Part shown: positions 38,297-48,188 of the stretch, one piece after another
Layout of the letters: each line of letters begins with the position of its first letter
Numbering within the stretch: the first letter of the stretch is position 1
Source: an uncultured virus (IMG/VR IMGVR_UViG_3300044641_006340)
Taxonomy: Duplodnaviria; Heunggongvirae; Uroviricota; Caudoviricetes
IMG/VR virus record: IMGVR_UViG_3300044641_006340
Strand: one strand, 5' to 3'
DNA length: 54,950 bases
The notes under the pieces: generated by a model
Databases searched by the model: none
What the model was told of the DNA's origin: nothing
What the model saw: the letters and a program-made list of their open reading frames with translations, nothing else
Program-made: the position numbers and the translations under genes

Positions 38297-40000
38297 CTAC
38301 GGAGTTAATATCCATTTAGCCTGTCCACAGTCCCATATCTTAAAAAGATTGTTGTCGTAACCGGTATTGCCGGGAAATTTGAGACGATGAAAAGTAACGA
38401 ACCCATCGGTCCATCTAAAGCTTGGATAAATATGAGCATATTTAAAATCAAGATTTTCAAGATACTCTCCTCGGCCATATCTCTTGTCAATAAAAGTTAT
38501 CAATGTGGAAGGTTTCTTATCCTTAAGAGCATAATTTAATAGTCTGCTAAATCCTCCAACGACGTTATGTTCAGTTTTATTACAAAATCTACTGATTTCA
38601 TAATCATTATTTTTTAGTCTTTTAATTCTCATCGCTGCAATAATATGGTCATTATCTTTTAAAATATAAGTTGTTCCACGACCCTTACCCATTAAATGAT
38701 TGGCTTCAAAAAAGATGTCAGATGCCTTATCTTCGATAGTACCTAACTCACAAGTTCTAGCATATACTCTTTTAGATTTACCTAATTTATTCAAAACAAT
38801 AGACTTTACAATATCAAATTTATCGCGTATCTCATCTTCTCTAAAAAAAAGACTATCATATCCTGCTTGTTCATACGAATTTTTTTTATCGATATGATAA
38901 TTATCTATTCTGCACTGATCGCTATGCCAGTATAATCCATCTACTTCTATTAATAAATTACCAATAGTAAAATCTGGAATATAATATTTATCTTTTTGGT
39001 TTAAAGTTAATCTTTGATGATTAGTGTAGGTTATTTGGTGTTCATCAAGAAAACTTTTAAATCTTATCTCTAAGCTAGTATAACTGTCTGTGCGATACAT
39101 ATTTTTAGCATTTTCAAAACCATATTCTCTAATCAGCTGATTAAATCTACTTAGACAATAGCCTGTTTTTTCTGCCCAAAAATACGCATTATTACCTTCA
39201 AACAATCTAGCATTACCATTAAGAACCATAGTATTAACTATCTTATTTTTTATGTCAGGATTTTGTGTAGCATGTTCGTAGCCGTATTTGCTACGGTTGG
39301 TATTTTTTATTTTATCTTTAAACTCTGGAACCTGACTAACATTAGTTACTCCGTATTTATCTAAATTAGTTTCCTTAACTTGCTGAATTTTTTCTGGATT
39401 TTGCATATGGTGCTCTGTTCCATATTTTACTTTCATAGTTTCGGTAATTTTAATTTTAATGTCTTCATTAGCAAAAGGATTGGAGCATCCAAACTTTTGA
39501 TTGTTGGTTTCTATACGCTTAGCTAGTATTTTTTGCTGATGGTCTTTTCCATATTTTTCCTCCAGAGTTTTGTTCTTTTTTTCTTGTAAATCTCCTTTGG
39601 TATCAACGCCGATAGATTTAAGGTATCTATTTAATGAGGTAATGGGTATACCAATTTTTTCACTAATATTCGATATACTAAAATTTGTATCTAATAAAGT
39701 AAGTATCTCGTCTTTATGGTCTTCTATGTTATAGTTGCATAATTTATCTTTAACGTCTTTTCTTTGAGATGAGTTTTTAACTCCGTATTTTAACAAACTA
39801 AGTTCTTCTCGTTTTTTAAATTTGCACTTTAGACAGCAGTCTTTGCTTAGTTCTTTATTTTGATTTAGCCTCATTTTATATGGCTTTTCAAGACATTCCT
39901 GACAATAATCACAAATAACAATAATCTTTTTAGATGATCCTACAGATAGATCACTAGATTTGTATCCGTATTTTGCAAAAGTTTTTTCTTCATTTATCAT
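38297..40000 (-). CDS. Free-standing homing-endonuclease-like protein: KYG repeats + Vsr/DUF559-type nuclease + Mom/GNAT-like domain
   Basis: CxxC pair, about six KYGxxN/H repeats, YIPDF...IEVDGLYWHS, and EISRFCNK...VVGGFSRLL...ITFIDKRYG. Confidence 0.7.
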   Translation of the reverse strand: MINEEKTFAKYGYKSSDLSVGSSKKIIVICDYCQECLEKPYKMRLNQNKELSKDCCLKCKFKKREELSLLKYGVKNSSQRKDVKDKLCNYNIEDHKDEILTLLDTNFSISNISEKIGIPITSLNRYLKSIGVDTKGDLQEKKNKTLEEKYGKDHQQKILAKRIETNNQKFGCSNPFANEDIKIKITETMKVKYGTEHHMQNPEKIQQVKETNLDKYGVTNVSQVPEFKDKIKNTNRSKYGYEHATQNPDIKNKIVNTMVLNGNARLFEGNNAYFWAEKTGYCLSRFNQLIREYGFENAKNMYRTDSYTSLEIRFKSFLDEHQITYTNHQRLTLNQKDKYYIPDFTIGNLLIEVDGLYWHSDQCRIDNYHIDKKNSYEQAGYDSLFFREDEIRDKFDIVKSIVLNKLGKSKRVYARTCELGTIEDKASDIFFEANHLMGKGRGTTYILKDNDHIIAAMRIKRLKNNDYEISRFCNKTEHNVVGGFSRLLNYALKDKKPSTLITFIDKRYGRGEYLENLDFKYAHIYPSFRWTDGFVTFHRLKFPGNTGYDNNLFKIWDCGQAKWILTP

Positions 40001-40020
40001 AAAAGCTCCTTTGTTTACTT

Positions 40021-40048
40021 ATTGTATAGCAATACCTTGTTTAGTCAA
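40021..40048 (-). promoter_or_regulatory. Sigma70-type promoter for the endonuclease gene
   Basis: TTGACT-16 nt-TACAAT, then AAGGAG RBS and ATG 40000. Confidence 0.55.
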
Positions 40049-40070
40049 GGCATAAAATCTAGTTAAGTAT

Positions 40071-40102
40071 AAGAAAAAGGGCCGAGAAATTCTCAGCCCT
40101 TA
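40071..40102 (-). terminator. Rho-independent terminator after the major capsid gene
   Basis: On the minus strand: AAGGGCTGAGA-ATT-TCTCGGCCCTT followed by TTTCTT. Confidence 0.8.
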
Positions 40103-40128
40103 TTTCAAAAGATACTTTTGGCTGCAGA

Positions 40129-41139
40129 TTATAGGGCGCCGAGCAATACTCGACGATTATCTAGTACAGCGAAGCCTTGCTCAGCCCAGCCGTAGAAACC
40201 GGCTCTCTTCTGACGATGAAGTGTATCATCCTCGAAGATCTGAACCTGTTCACGAACTGGCATTATGAAGCTGTCTCTCTTGCGGAGATCGAGCCCAACA
40301 ACAACCTCGTTCTTGCCACTTGGTAGTGAGCCGCTTAGGATATCGCTATAGAATAGCTGATACTCTTGGCCTTCACCGAGTTCGTCAAGGTCGTGGAGAT
40401 TGATGCCGAATACACGGTTTAGTGTACCATCAGCAGCAGTGTAGATTTCTCTACGTGTTGTCTCATCAACCTGATCGATACCCCAGTTACGAATATCTTC
40501 CATGCTTTCTGGAGAAACATAAAGATCGGTTAGCAAACCACGGTTATTACTAGCGGAGTTACCACCGCCGTTTCTACGCATAACTGTTTTCATAAGACTT
40601 ACTAGTCTCTTTGTAAACAGTCCGCTAGAAGCGTCAGCGTCGTATACAACAATGTTACGATCTACGCCAGCAGCCATTAGTGTGTGCCAACCGTCGTCAT
40701 TCATCTTCTTTACGAATGAAGACTCAAGAACTTCCATAGCACGACCAACTACGTCCCAACGAGCATCACGAGCATACTTTAGGAGATAGTCGATTGAAGC
40801 ACCGATGTCGTAGGTGGGAACCATGACGTAATCGCCTTCAACATGACGCTCTGGAATCTGTCCGTGATTAGGGATAGTATAAGCAACGAAGTCTTTTTCG
40901 GTGCCAGGAGCAAGGAAATCTAGTGGAAACTCTGGAGTAGCACTTTGAGCTAATTGAATTGGCTCAAAAATACCATCTAGAATGTCGCCACTTAATAGAG
41001 CCTGCCTTAGTGGTAACTCTAGAGCTTTAGCAAACTCAGAGTTAGCAGCTAGGGCTACTTCCCTATTAGGTGAGCCAGAGCGAACCAAAAGATCAGTTAG
41101 TTCTGGTGTAGGTGTAAAAGTTTTAGTATTAGCTGACAT
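40129..41139 (-). CDS. Major capsid protein (HK97 fold)
   Basis: Start reassigned to MSANTK (GGGAG RBS); 336 aa; follows protease and decoration genes; high-expression codon bias; terminator downstream. Confidence 0.85.
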   Translation of the reverse strand: MSANTKTFTPTPELTDLLVRSGSPNREVALAANSEFAKALELPLRQALLSGDILDGIFEPIQLAQSATPEFPLDFLAPGTEKDFVAYTIPNHGQIPERHVEGDYVMVPTYDIGASIDYLLKYARDARWDVVGRAMEVLESSFVKKMNDDGWHTLMAAGVDRNIVVYDADASSGLFTKRLVSLMKTVMRRNGGGNSASNNRGLLTDLYVSPESMEDIRNWGIDQVDETTRREIYTAADGTLNRVFGINLHDLDELGEGQEYQLFYSDILSGSLPSGKNEVVVGLDLRKRDSFIMPVREQVQIFEDDTLHRQKRAGFYGWAEQGFAVLDNRRVLLGAL

Positions 41140-41165
41140 TTTTTTCTCCCTTATTAAAGCTTTAA

Positions 41166-41621
41166 TCAAGTAATGTTTACAGATAGTTTAACATAACCAT
41201 CAGCATCTTTGCTACCAAGGAACTGGCCGATCTTAACACTGTTGGTGCTGGAAGTACCAACTAGACCACTAACGCCAACATAAGCATCAACACCAGCTGC
41301 TGGAGTAGTTCCACCAACAAGCATGTTTGTTGTTACTTGTCCCTGACGCAATAGGACAACCTTGCCACCAACTTGCACTTCGTCTCTGTGCCAGTTAATG
41401 TGCTGTCTGGTTAGGTCATAGTTTACAACATCATTTAGCAAAACGCCTAGAGGCTTGGCTCCGCTGACGGTGGCTGCATATGCAACTACGCTGTTAGCGT
41501 CGTCCATAGCTACGCCTGAACCGCTTGTTACAGCAGATACCACGCCGCCTCGTTCGGCAGTTGTGTTCATGAAAAAGGAAATATCTGTGAGTAGTTCAAT
41601 ACGATCTGCTTTAAGAGCCAT
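41166..41621 (-). CDS. Capsid decoration/cement protein
   Basis: 151 aa, beta-rich, between scaffold and MCP; PLGVLLNDV...G-V-T motif. Confidence 0.65.
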   Translation of the reverse strand: MALKADRIELLTDISFFMNTTAERGGVVSAVTSGSGVAMDDANSVVAYAATVSGAKPLGVLLNDVVNYDLTRQHINWHRDEVQVGGKVVLLRQGQVTTNMLVGGTTPAAGVDAYVGVSGLVGTSSTNSVKIGQFLGSKDADGYVKLSVNIT

Positions 41622-41622
41622 G

Positions 41623-42372
41623 TTATTCTCCCTTATTAAGTTTTTTACCTAGTCTAGCACAAACAAATTCAACTAATTCTGCGCGAGTGGAATCGATTGA
41701 GGAAACCTCATCGCTACCAACGCTAAGATTTACAGTTGGTTCAACTTCGACACTATCAAGAACAGCAGCGTCTACCGTATCCTCAACAGAAGCCTTTTTT
41801 GACTCCTTCTTGGTTTCGGTTTCTTCTTCGTCTTTCTTGTCTTTGTTGAGCCATGGTGGCATTTTGCCAGCAAATAATGATGTCATAGCATCAAAAGCTT
41901 CATCAGAAAGATTGTCAAACTTTTCCACTGTAGCTTCAGCAGAATTGTCGTCAAAACCGTAAGAGAGTAAAGAAGCTTTTCTTGACATCTTCTTTGCTTT
42001 CTTCGCCATTTCTTCTTCTTTCATTTTATATACAGCAATAGTTTCAAGAGCTGTGTTTAATTCAGATTTGACCTTTTTCATTTCTTCTTCTTTATTGGTC
42101 ATTTCTTCAGCTAATTTTTTAGCTGCTTCTTCTTTTACAGCCTTTTCTTCTTCGTCTTCAGCAGTTTTCTTAGCAGCTTCTTCTTTCATTTTCTCTTCTT
42201 CATCCTTAATTTTTTTTGCTGCTTCTTGCTTCTCTGTTTCTAGAGTTCTAATTGTTTCTGCCTGAGCAGCTACCTGTGTTTGTAATTCTGTAATTTGATC
42301 TTGTAGACCCTGAACATTAAATTCAGGAGCTGTTTCGGTAGCTTGTACGGATGCTTCTGTATTATCACTCAT
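41623..42372 (-). CDS. Nested in-frame scaffold protein (internal start MSDNTEAS)
   Basis: In-frame ATG at codon 274 with GGAGA RBS (42381-42385) and a GGTGTA motif 40 nt upstream. Confidence 0.6.
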   Translation of the reverse strand: MSDNTEASVQATETAPEFNVQGLQDQITELQTQVAAQAETIRTLETEKQEAAKKIKDEEEKMKEEAAKKTAEDEEEKAVKEEAAKKLAEEMTNKEEEMKKVKSELNTALETIAVYKMKEEEMAKKAKKMSRKASLLSYGFDDNSAEATVEKFDNLSDEAFDAMTSLFAGKMPPWLNKDKKDEEETETKKESKKASVEDTVDAAVLDSVEVEPTVNLSVGSDEVSSIDSTRAELVEFVCARLGKKLNKGE

Positions 42373-43191
42373 ATTGCTATTCTCCACATTAGAGGTTGAC
42401 TGATTGTTAAATACACCTGAATTTGACAAATTATCATTTTTTTTATCTAATAATCTATCAATAATGTCTTTTGTAAAAATTACACTATCTGGATTAGCAG
42501 GTTTTTCAACAAAGCCTTTACCAGAAAATGTTATATTTCTTAATACTCTACCTATCTTATAATTGTCATGTTCTCCAGCACCACCATATGATCTAAGATA
42601 TTTTGTTAAGTATGCTGTATTTTCATTACGGGCTAAAACTTTATATTTTCCTGTAGTTTTATCTGTTATGCCGTAATCAAATCCCTTAAAAAAGCATTCC
42701 ATACTAACAAACATATTACCGGACTCTATACTAGATATTAATTTTTCTGCACGATCTTTGAGTTCAGGATTGGTAAATGCTCTATAGATAACAGACCCTG
42801 TTAAAATATGGTATTTTTCTGGCAACTTATTAATATCTATATTTTCTGGTATAATATTACCATCTTCTGTGATTGGCCAATTACTAGTAATATGTCCTAT
42901 AATTGTTCCTTCATCATGTTCAAGATTAGTAGGTTTGTCTTCTGGTGTTTTTCTAGCCATCCAGACTTCACCCTTTTCAAAAATATCGTCATTTTTATTC
43001 CATGACGAACTTACTAAAATAGACTGAACATAATATAAGTCAGAATCATTAAAAGAAGCAAGGCTTTTGATGTTAGTAAGATTAGGTTTATTTAATAGGC
43101 AGGGTTCTGCAATAGAAGCATAAGAAAATGATGCAGAAGATGATATCTGGTGTTCTAGACCGTCTTCAATTTCTTGTTTAAATATTTGCAT
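41623..43191 (-). CDS. Prohead protease fused to a C-terminal scaffold
   Basis: WNKNDDIF, KPTNLEHD..IIGHI, VSMEC, FSGKGFVEKPANPDS; E/K/A coiled-coil C-terminal half. Confidence 0.8.
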   Translation of the reverse strand: MQIFKQEIEDGLEHQISSSASFSYASIAEPCLLNKPNLTNIKSLASFNDSDLYYVQSILVSSSWNKNDDIFEKGEVWMARKTPEDKPTNLEHDEGTIIGHITSNWPITEDGNIIPENIDINKLPEKYHILTGSVIYRAFTNPELKDRAEKLISSIESGNMFVSMECFFKGFDYGITDKTTGKYKVLARNENTAYLTKYLRSYGGAGEHDNYKIGRVLRNITFSGKGFVEKPANPDSVIFTKDIIDRLLDKKNDNLSNSGVFNNQSTSNVENSNMSDNTEASVQATETAPEFNVQGLQDQITELQTQVAAQAETIRTLETEKQEAAKKIKDEEEKMKEEAAKKTAEDEEEKAVKEEAAKKLAEEMTNKEEEMKKVKSELNTALETIAVYKMKEEEMAKKAKKMSRKASLLSYGFDDNSAEATVEKFDNLSDEAFDAMTSLFAGKMPPWLNKDKKDEEETETKKESKKASVEDTVDAAVLDSVEVEPTVNLSVGSDEVSSIDSTRAELVEFVCARLGKKLNKGE

Positions 43192-43209
43192 AATTTATAC
43201 CTCTTTTTG

Positions 43210-45396
43210 TTATACCAAGGAGTACACCATACAATAGAATGAAGCTTTTGCTTGTTTTAGCTCGTCTACTGTTAAATCTTTATTAAGATCTAATTTTAGT
43301 TCTTTTAACCAGCTACTGTAAGCTTGAATTATTTCGGGCGAACTATCTATATCGTTAAGAGACTGTAAAATAATATCTGTGCTAATAGTTGTGAATGGTT
43401 GTAGATTAAATAGTAGTTTGGTTTTGATAGAGTCTAGTTCTTTAACTTCCTCATTAGATAAGCTTCTTAAGTTTTTCTTATTAAAGAACTGTAACAATAC
43501 CGGGTTTACTATTTGACTAATCTTGTCTTGGGTATCACTTGCCCATAAAAGAAGCTTAGCGCCAGTCTGTGGTTTAAAAACTTTTGTTTTACGTTGTTGT
43601 GAATCCTTGGAATTTTTGGGGCGACCTTGTCCTGGTACTCCTGGCAATGATTCTGGCGAATCATTTGCCAACTTCGTTGAAGGTGCAGACAAAGATGGAG
43701 TTTTCATGTCCAAAGCCGATTTTTCACTACTTTTTTTCTTTTCGAGTTCCAATCCGACCTGACTAGGAGCAACAACACCGGTTTGTAATGCTATCTTCTT
43801 TAAGGCTGCATCAGGATCTGGATCAAACCATGGACCGGCTTTATTAACCATTCTAGAAGAGTCTCTTTCTCTATTTTCTCTATTAAGCCTGCTCTTTTCC
43901 ATATCTGGGTCAAACCCAAATCGAGTTTGTATTAGTTCGTCACTGATAATGTTTCTATCTGCTAATTGTATTAGTAGTGATTTTTCAGTATCTTCATTAC
44001 TAAGATCCATTCTATCAAATTCAATTTTAGCTGGATATTTAAATCCCATTGCTTTTTGTACTAATTCTATTTCTTTTTCCCAGAAAGAAACAAGTATATC
44101 TCTACCATATTGTAGTCTTTGTGTGAGAGTTTTTAAGCTAATAAAATTATTTGTTGTTCCAGCAGCCCCGAATGTTCCTGTTAGTGTCGGAGGTATACCT
44201 AAGCCAGCATAAATACTATTCATATGAGGTACGTATTTACCTTCACCTAAAAATTGATGAACATTAGTATTGCTTTCTATTAGCTCTATATCAGGCCCCC
44301 ACACAAGATCCATTGTCCCGCCTCCAACGTTATTACCCAATATCTGAGCTAGCTTTGCTGTCGCGGCTTTGGTTGGAGCTATCTTATGTTCTAAGCTACC
44401 TAGTTTAAAAATACGAATATTAGATATTGCTCCGTCCAACGCTGCCATATCTGCTAGTTTTAGTTTTTCTATAACTGTAATATCATCCATGATGGCGTAT
44501 ATCATAGGAAAAGCCCAACTCTGCCAATCGTCTTTCTTATAGTGAAATACTAGTGTTTTCTCATCATCCAAGTCGTATGGAAGTCTAGTTTTAGCTGCTT
44601 CAAGAATAGCCGGTGGTAACCCTGCAATAATTTTTTTATCAGCTTCTGTCTTTGGGTTGTTGATAATTTTTCGTAATTGGGCTGGTAAAACTAATTGATA
44701 AGATTTTTTAGAAGAAAAGGAAGCTAGTGGACCAGCAGCTATTTCCACATAGAAAGGATCCATAAAAGTATATTTCCAAGGTATTTCTCGTTTCTCGACA
44801 GCAACATCATTAATATCCTGTATTTGCATATCGGGAGAACCTAATGTCTTATATAATTTATCGGCTGCCTTTAAGCTTAATTTTCCTGTTTGTCTATTAA
44901 TAACAACATTACCAGTTTTATATAAATTATTTAAGAATCTTTCACTGCGATCTTTACCTTGTATTTTTTTGAACCACTGTCTATAAAAACGCTCTATTCT
45001 TTTATTTCTGTGAACAAGTCGAATACCTTGTACTGAAAAATCACCCATAAGATCTATAACATTTTTTACCAAGCCCACTCTCTGATAAATATCTTCAGCT
45101 TTTTTTAATATTAATTTAAGTTCACGAGGAACAGCTTCATCGGGTCTAAAATAATCATAATCTGAGCGATTAAGGCCAGGACGACCACTAGTATTTTTAT
45201 CAAGATTAGAATAATCTAATCCGTATCTTCTCATTCCGCTAGTTTTATTAACTAATGTAAATTCAGACAAAGACTCGGATGATTGATTAAGAGCAGTTTG
45301 TTTACTGGCTAAATCATCACCCCACGTTACATATGCGGGACTGTTATCATTTGATGCGTCTTGAATAGCGTCACTTTTTGGATATCTTTTAGCCAT
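43210..45396 (-). CDS. Portal protein
   Basis: 728 aa directly after TerL; TGNVVINR, AGLGIPPTL, ISDELIQTRFGFD, C-terminal GRPK. Confidence 0.85.
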   Translation of the reverse strand: MAKRYPKSDAIQDASNDNSPAYVTWGDDLASKQTALNQSSESLSEFTLVNKTSGMRRYGLDYSNLDKNTSGRPGLNRSDYDYFRPDEAVPRELKLILKKAEDIYQRVGLVKNVIDLMGDFSVQGIRLVHRNKRIERFYRQWFKKIQGKDRSERFLNNLYKTGNVVINRQTGKLSLKAADKLYKTLGSPDMQIQDINDVAVEKREIPWKYTFMDPFYVEIAAGPLASFSSKKSYQLVLPAQLRKIINNPKTEADKKIIAGLPPAILEAAKTRLPYDLDDEKTLVFHYKKDDWQSWAFPMIYAIMDDITVIEKLKLADMAALDGAISNIRIFKLGSLEHKIAPTKAATAKLAQILGNNVGGGTMDLVWGPDIELIESNTNVHQFLGEGKYVPHMNSIYAGLGIPPTLTGTFGAAGTTNNFISLKTLTQRLQYGRDILVSFWEKEIELVQKAMGFKYPAKIEFDRMDLSNEDTEKSLLIQLADRNIISDELIQTRFGFDPDMEKSRLNRENRERDSSRMVNKAGPWFDPDPDAALKKIALQTGVVAPSQVGLELEKKKSSEKSALDMKTPSLSAPSTKLANDSPESLPGVPGQGRPKNSKDSQQRKTKVFKPQTGAKLLLWASDTQDKISQIVNPVLLQFFNKKNLRSLSNEEVKELDSIKTKLLFNLQPFTTISTDIILQSLNDIDSSPEIIQAYSSWLKELKLDLNKDLTVDELKQAKASFYCMVYSLV

Positions 45397-45453
45397 ATTT
45401 ATTATTCTAAAGGTAATACAACTACAATTCGATTACTTTATTATTAATACACT

Positions 45454-47484
45454 TTATCTATAAATTCCAGTATAAAGATCGTCATCATTAGCTCCGCTAG
45501 TAAACCATTCAGGTCCTCTGTACATTTGACCGTTATGCTTTACTGCTGTTCTAGCGTCATCTCCTATGATATCATATTCAATATTTTTTAAAGTCCTATT
45601 CATTTGACGAGCTAACATATTAGCTATAACAAGTGCACTATATCGGTCTTTTCTTAGTCTACCCTTTTTTCCATTAGGCATCTTGACTTCTGGAGTATCC
45701 CATCGATCTCTAGCATTTGGTCCTGTGCTGGTTTGAGTCATAACTATTGTAGTAAGTTCATTTTTTAATTCTTCTATTTCTAGAATACATTCGCTTAAGC
45801 TATCATAAACAGGACTTAATTCTGACTCTAATATGTCTTTACCTTCTTTTTCTAAAGCTAGTCCTAAAGTAAGATTATCAAATCTAGGAAATAATAGAAC
45901 TTTATCTTCAAGATCTTTGCGTAAACCATGATTAGCCTGACTTGTCCAATCAGCCTTGGCAAATTGTACCAACTCTATTAGGTGTAATCCGGGTTGAGAG
46001 TCGGTATCCTTGGATTTATCATAATTAATTACTGGCCATATAAGATTCTCTCCGTCCTCTAGTTTAGAAGGATCGTGTAATGCTTCCTCAATCGCCACGC
46101 CTCCGCCTTGAGCATCTAATCCGATTCTAGAACAAGGAAATGTTTTAAGTAAATTTCTAATTTTTCTTGCACAAAATCCATAAAAATCATGATCTTTAAC
46201 TAAACCAGTTTTTTGTCTTTCTTTAAAATTAGCCCTATTAGTTGTCCATACATATACTATACGAGAGTGATCAGCATGAACCTCTAGTACAACTATACTA
46301 AAATTATCTTGTTCACTAGCTGGGTCAATACCATAAATATATTGTAAATTAGAATCTCCCGATACTTTTGCATCAAAAATAATTGGTTTATTATTAATAA
46401 CTATGGGATTAGTATCATTAACAACACAGCCTTCTATTAATGATCTTTTAAAGAATCCCGAACTATCAATGGTAAAACAAGCAGCATATTCCATATTGTA
46501 TATACCAGTATGAATAGTAGCCTTAGCTCTGCTGACCTGTTTATCATCCATAAAACCCTTAGGAATTAATTCATAGGGAATACGAATAATGCTATAGTCT
46601 TTCCAATTAAAATTGTCCGGAACTTCTCCCTTAAAGAGTTCTGATAATTTATGGATATCTCCTTTACTTTCAATAATGGCTTTATATCTTTTCCAATAGC
46701 TTGCAAAATGTTTAAAATCGTAATCAGCAGTTCCACTAATAATAGCCTGATTACCCATTTTATAATTTAGGGTTTCTAGTTCTTCATTCCACAAGCCAAC
46801 TTCTGCCATGGCTGCTCTTCTAGCTTGTTCTTTTACATTTTGTATTGGACTAGCGCTAACAGCAGCGAAGCCAGAAACTACTGTTTCGTAGATATCAGGA
46901 CTAATAGCAGCAAATTCGTCTGCTATGATGATGTGTGCTCTTAAACCTCTGATCTTACTGCCATCGCCCATCGGAACAGCAATGGTCCAACTATCTCCTA
47001 ATCTGATAGTACATCTATCAACATCTCGTCTTGGACCATCGTCATTACCATTAAATATACTACGCAATATAGGACTATTACGCCAAATAGTTTCCATATA
47101 TTCAAATATAATTTTACTCTGCCTAAATGCTGCTCCAACAACCACTATTTTTGTTGCTGGATAAAAAGTCATTCTTAAAACACAATATAAAGCCAATAAA
47201 AAACTTTTACCAAGACCTCGACTTGCTATATACATAGGAAAAGCACGAACCCATAATTCTTGTAAGATTGCAATTTGTAATGGATGCAATTCTATGTTAA
47301 ATAATATTTTACATGTATATCCTACGTTATCAGGATTTTTTAATAGTCTCATTAAATGAAGATCTGGATTTTCTATATCTTCTCTAGACCTATGAATCAT
47401 AGGATTTGAAGGTATAACTATTTTTGATAGATCGCCTAGGTTTAACCAAGCGTCATCAAATATCTTGTTTTCTTGGTTGTTCAA
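45454..47484 (-). CDS. terL: Terminase large subunit
   Basis: Walker A (ASRGLGKS), IRGLRAHIIIADEF Walker B, RNase H-like YGIDPA...KDRYSAL. Confidence 0.92.
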   Translation of the reverse strand: MNNQENKIFDDAWLNLGDLSKIVIPSNPMIHRSREDIENPDLHLMRLLKNPDNVGYTCKILFNIELHPLQIAILQELWVRAFPMYIASRGLGKSFLLALYCVLRMTFYPATKIVVVGAAFRQSKIIFEYMETIWRNSPILRSIFNGNDDGPRRDVDRCTIRLGDSWTIAVPMGDGSKIRGLRAHIIIADEFAAISPDIYETVVSGFAAVSASPIQNVKEQARRAAMAEVGLWNEELETLNYKMGNQAIISGTADYDFKHFASYWKRYKAIIESKGDIHKLSELFKGEVPDNFNWKDYSIIRIPYELIPKGFMDDKQVSRAKATIHTGIYNMEYAACFTIDSSGFFKRSLIEGCVVNDTNPIVINNKPIIFDAKVSGDSNLQYIYGIDPASEQDNFSIVVLEVHADHSRIVYVWTTNRANFKERQKTGLVKDHDFYGFCARKIRNLLKTFPCSRIGLDAQGGGVAIEEALHDPSKLEDGENLIWPVINYDKSKDTDSQPGLHLIELVQFAKADWTSQANHGLRKDLEDKVLLFPRFDNLTLGLALEKEGKDILESELSPVYDSLSECILEIEELKNELTTIVMTQTSTGPNARDRWDTPEVKMPNGKKGRLRKDRYSALVIANMLARQMNRTLKNIEYDIIGDDARTAVKHNGQMYRGPEWFTSGANDDDLYTGIYR

Positions 47485-47935
47485 TTTCGTAAACCTTTTT
47501 CATGATAGATAATGCCATGCGTTCCGCATTAGAAGCTGAACCGCAAAATAATACTTTTATGTTAAAAAACACTTGTAACTCCACTAGGTGTTTAATTAAA
47601 AAGTTTGGAGTAATTTTAAGCTTGTCCCACATTTTTTTAGGAACATTAGAACCTACAGGATATGCTAGTACGTTATCGAAATCAAATTCTAGTAATAAAA
47701 ATGAATATTTATATTGTGTCATACGCGCCACAACATCTTTGAATCTTTTTTCCGTAATATTATTTGCAATTTCACTAACACTTTTTTTACGCTCTATACA
47801 AAGTTGATGCTCTAATCCTCGAACAGAATAATCACCCGTATCAAGCTTTTCACAAGCTTTAGTCTGATGTTCAAAAATCCAAGGCTGCTGCTCTCTGGTG
47901 TCTATTATGATTTCAAAATTATTGTAGTTTATCAT
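47456..47935 (-). CDS. ERCC4/XPF-family nuclease
   Basis: IIIDTREQQP, LDTGDYS, IERK signature. Confidence 0.9.
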   Translation of the reverse strand: MINYNNFEIIIDTREQQPWIFEHQTKACEKLDTGDYSVRGLEHQLCIERKKSVSEIANNITEKRFKDVVARMTQYKYSFLLLEFDFDNVLAYPVGSNVPKKMWDKLKITPNFLIKHLVELQVFFNIKVLFCGSASNAERMALSIMKKVYEIEQPRKQDI

Positions 47936-48188
47936 TTGCTAAGATTCTCAAGAAGGTTGATTCATAAATGTTTTCCATACCTTTTATGAGATTATGATGG
48001 TACGAACAAAGAGAAATTCCGTTTTCAATATCAAATCGCAAACCGGGAAAATTAGCCCATGTTCGTATATGATGTGCATTTAATTTTCGTTTCAAGCTAC
48101 AATTAGGCCAACGACACTTGTATCCATCTCTTTTATAGACGGCCTTTCTCCATTTTTTATATTGTGGATCATTAAAGTTTCTAAGCAT
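47919..48188 (-). CDS. HNH endonuclease (packaging-associated type)
   Basis: WRKAVYKRDGYKC...C...AHHI...NGISLCSYHH. Confidence 0.9.
   Translation of the reverse strand: MLRNFNDPQYKKWRKAVYKRDGYKCRWPNCSLKRKLNAHHIRTWANFPGLRFDIENGISLCSYHHNLIKGMENIYESTFLRILANDKLQ

Noticed and set aside
40129..47484. Inteins or group I introns in terL, portal or capsid genes
   Set aside because: The proteins are contiguous and of ordinary size, with no Hint-type C...HN(C/S/T) boundaries seen.
1174..47807. Many 60-150-aa plus-strand and alternate-frame ORFs in the track (e.g. 3913-4149, 25712-26092, 28163-28612, 30034-30357, 41687-41962)
   Set aside because: They are shadows of well-supported minus-strand genes, lack an RBS, and are more numerous in the GC-rich grafts simply because stops are rarer there.
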